From a virus (Duplodnaviria; Caudoviricetes): 35,808 bases of DNA. Under the pieces are notes generated by a model that searched no databases, had not been told where the DNA came from, and saw only the letters and a list, made by a program, of their open reading frames with translations. Shown one piece after another: positions 34,507-35,808 of the stretch (position 1 is the first letter of the stretch; each line of letters opens with the position of its first letter). The DNA is taken from the IMG/VR virus record IMGVR_UViG_3300043416_000055, positions 1-35,808 of that record; one strand, 5' to 3'. The translations under genes were made by a program, and so were the position numbers.

Positions 34507-34623
34507 AATTGACGAATGCGTCCATTCTAGGGGTCTTTTTTGACTAGAAACGCAATTTATTTTCACTACTTAGGGTAAACACCTAGATAAATCAGTTGAT
34601 GAAGTAGTCAATTCATGTAAGAT
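34507..34623. promoter_or_regulatory. Divergent promoter region with three operator-like palindromes
   Basis: AT-rich; AATTGAC-N6-GTCAATT-like sites at 34507, 34538 and 34594; candidate rightward TTGATG-N16-TAAGAT. Confidence 0.65.
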
Positions 34624-34669
34624 GCGAGGCATCAACAACCCGCCGCAAGGCACAAACTAGGAGTTAAAA

Positions 34670-34909
34670 ATGGCAAAAGTCACAACAGCAATCGTTTATC
34701 CCGCAATCGGATTCATGGGCGCAACAAATTGCGTTCCTGTTTTTGGAAAGTCAGTCGAAGAAGTTCGCGCATTTGGTCGTACTGATCGCGCACGTTTTGA
34801 TCTTGCTGTCGAAGTAGCGGCGTATTTTTATCGCGGAGTTGCAACACCTCAAGTTGAGGATAATCCTGCCGCTTTTCGCGCACCTTGGTCGCAAGTAGTT
34901 GCACTTTAA
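34670..34909 (+). CDS. First early gene, hypothetical
   Basis: TAGGAG RBS; immediately after the promoter region. Confidence 0.8.
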   Translation: MAKVTTAIVYPAIGFMGATNCVPVFGKSVEEVRAFGRTDRARFDLAVEVAAYFYRGVATPQVEDNPAAFRAPWSQVVAL

Positions 34910-34949
34910 CCAACCCACGGGGCTACGGCCCCATCTTTAGGAGTCCACT

Positions 34950-35063
34950 ATGCGCTACCGCGAACACTACACCATCCAACCCACCGCCCGTAAGTGGGCA
35001 GACATTGCCTTGGCAATTGCCATCGGTGTCGGCCTGGCCTTTTTCTTCTTCATGGGAGTCTGA
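34950..35063 (+). CDS. 37-aa single-TM protein (not in ORF track)
   Basis: MRYREHYTIQPTARKWADIALAIAIGVGLAFFFFMGV; TAGGAG RBS. Confidence 0.75.
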   Translation: MRYREHYTIQPTARKWADIALAIAIGVGLAFFFFMGV

Positions 35064-35064
35064 T

Positions 35065-35310
35065 ATGTCCGAGTCAATGCAAAAAGAGATCGACGCACTG
35101 GTGGCAGAGCTGTCACCCAAACCAGGCAGCCTCGGAATCCTGACCACGCATGAGATGGTTTCCCACCTGCGGATGGCAGCCACCAGGGGAACGTTAATCG
35201 GCTGGGTTGCTGCTGAGAGACTGAGCAGCGCCAGGTACAAGCAGGACTACGACAACCTCGCCCAGCACTGCAAGCAGTTGGAACTCGAAATAATGGAGTT
35301 AAAGCGGTGA
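35065..35310 (+). CDS. Hypothetical protein
   Basis: Start moved to ATG 35065 (GGAG RBS). Confidence 0.75.
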   Translation: MSESMQKEIDALVAELSPKPGSLGILTTHEMVSHLRMAATRGTLIGWVAAERLSSARYKQDYDNLAQHCKQLELEIMELKR

Positions 35311-35777
35311 GAAAGCGCAGCAGCTACCGGCCCAAGCCGCAGCACCCCAACCCTGTCGCCTGGCTCGTCAATGGCTTTAAGTCTGTATCGCAGGCTGGCA
35401 TTGTCAATGTGCAGATCAAGAACCACCAGGCTATCGACTCGCTACGAAAAGGTGTCGCTGACCGCGAGGACATAGACACGATTATCTCCGCGCTGAACAT
35501 TGCCGAGGCTCTCCAGCGGCTGGGCATCGGTGATGAGTACAAGGATGACCTCAGAGCCGCCCAGGACGCGCTGTACGCCGTCTCAAAGCGAGGGATAGAC
35601 CGAGAGTACCGATTCGTGCTTAAAGCGCAGGAATTAGTCGCCATCAACTTGGGCATGGAGATACATGATGCCCAACTTGAAGTCACCACCATCAAGCACA
35701 TGGAAGATGCGCTAGATATTGTCATCTCAGAAATCAAGAACCGCAAGGCGCGGGTAATTATGGAGAAAACAACATGA
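35307..35777 (+). CDS. Hypothetical protein (MRKRS.YRPK type)
   Basis: GGAG RBS; GTGA coupling; 156 aa. Confidence 0.8.
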   Translation: MRKRSSYRPKPQHPNPVAWLVNGFKSVSQAGIVNVQIKNHQAIDSLRKGVADREDIDTIISALNIAEALQRLGIGDEYKDDLRAAQDALYAVSKRGIDREYRFVLKAQELVAINLGMEIHDAQLEVTTIKHMEDALDIVISEIKNRKARVIMEKTT

Positions 35778-35808
35778 GATTTTTAAAGTTTCTGAAGAAT
35801 TACTACCG
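35672..35808. repeat. Terminal direct repeat, right copy
   Basis: Matches 1-137 with two mismatches (35798, 35800). Confidence 0.97.

Noticed and set aside
34885-35064. N-terminal extension of ORF 34885-35310
   Set aside because: Overlaps a better-supported 37-aa gene; the RBS supports a start at 35065.
1-35808. Prophage / integrated element
   Set aside because: No integrase, att-linked host genes or flanking bacterial DNA; the ends are circularly redundant.

Overview
This window is an essentially complete, circularly permuted ~35.7 kb tailed dsDNA phage genome (137-bp terminal redundancy, unit length 35,671 bp). Its gene order suggests a short-tailed, podovirus-like phage. A short + strand early arm (34670-35808, continuing at 1-2714) carries small hypothetical genes. 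The long - strand arm runs: Cro-like HTH, RuvC-like resolvase, Cas4-like/DUF2800 nuclease, probable SSB, C5 DNA methyltransferase, primase-helicase, iteron-like origin, terS, terL, small basic proteins, glycosyltransferase and SAM methyltransferase, portal, scaffold, major capsid, second glycosyltransferase, adaptor, repeat and fibre proteins, lysis cassette, nozzle, GNAT and ejection proteins. I recognised no integrase, CI repressor or DNA polymerase. Best leads: (1) a C5 methyltransferase apparently encoded as two fully overlapping 240-aa frames, with motif IX in the second frame (M.EcoHK31I-like); (2) a C4-like RNA in the packaging operon, preceded by a long stem enclosing a structured, partly tRNA-like insert; (3) a GT/GT/methyltransferase set among the head genes (possible virion glycosylation); (4) an ejection-cluster protein with an apparently swapped-in catalytic domain, plus a recurrent GLL motif; (5) a CCATTTGTCC array with a cruciform, and separate DnaA boxes at the terS/terL junction. 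All family names come from recognising motifs by eye, not from database searches.
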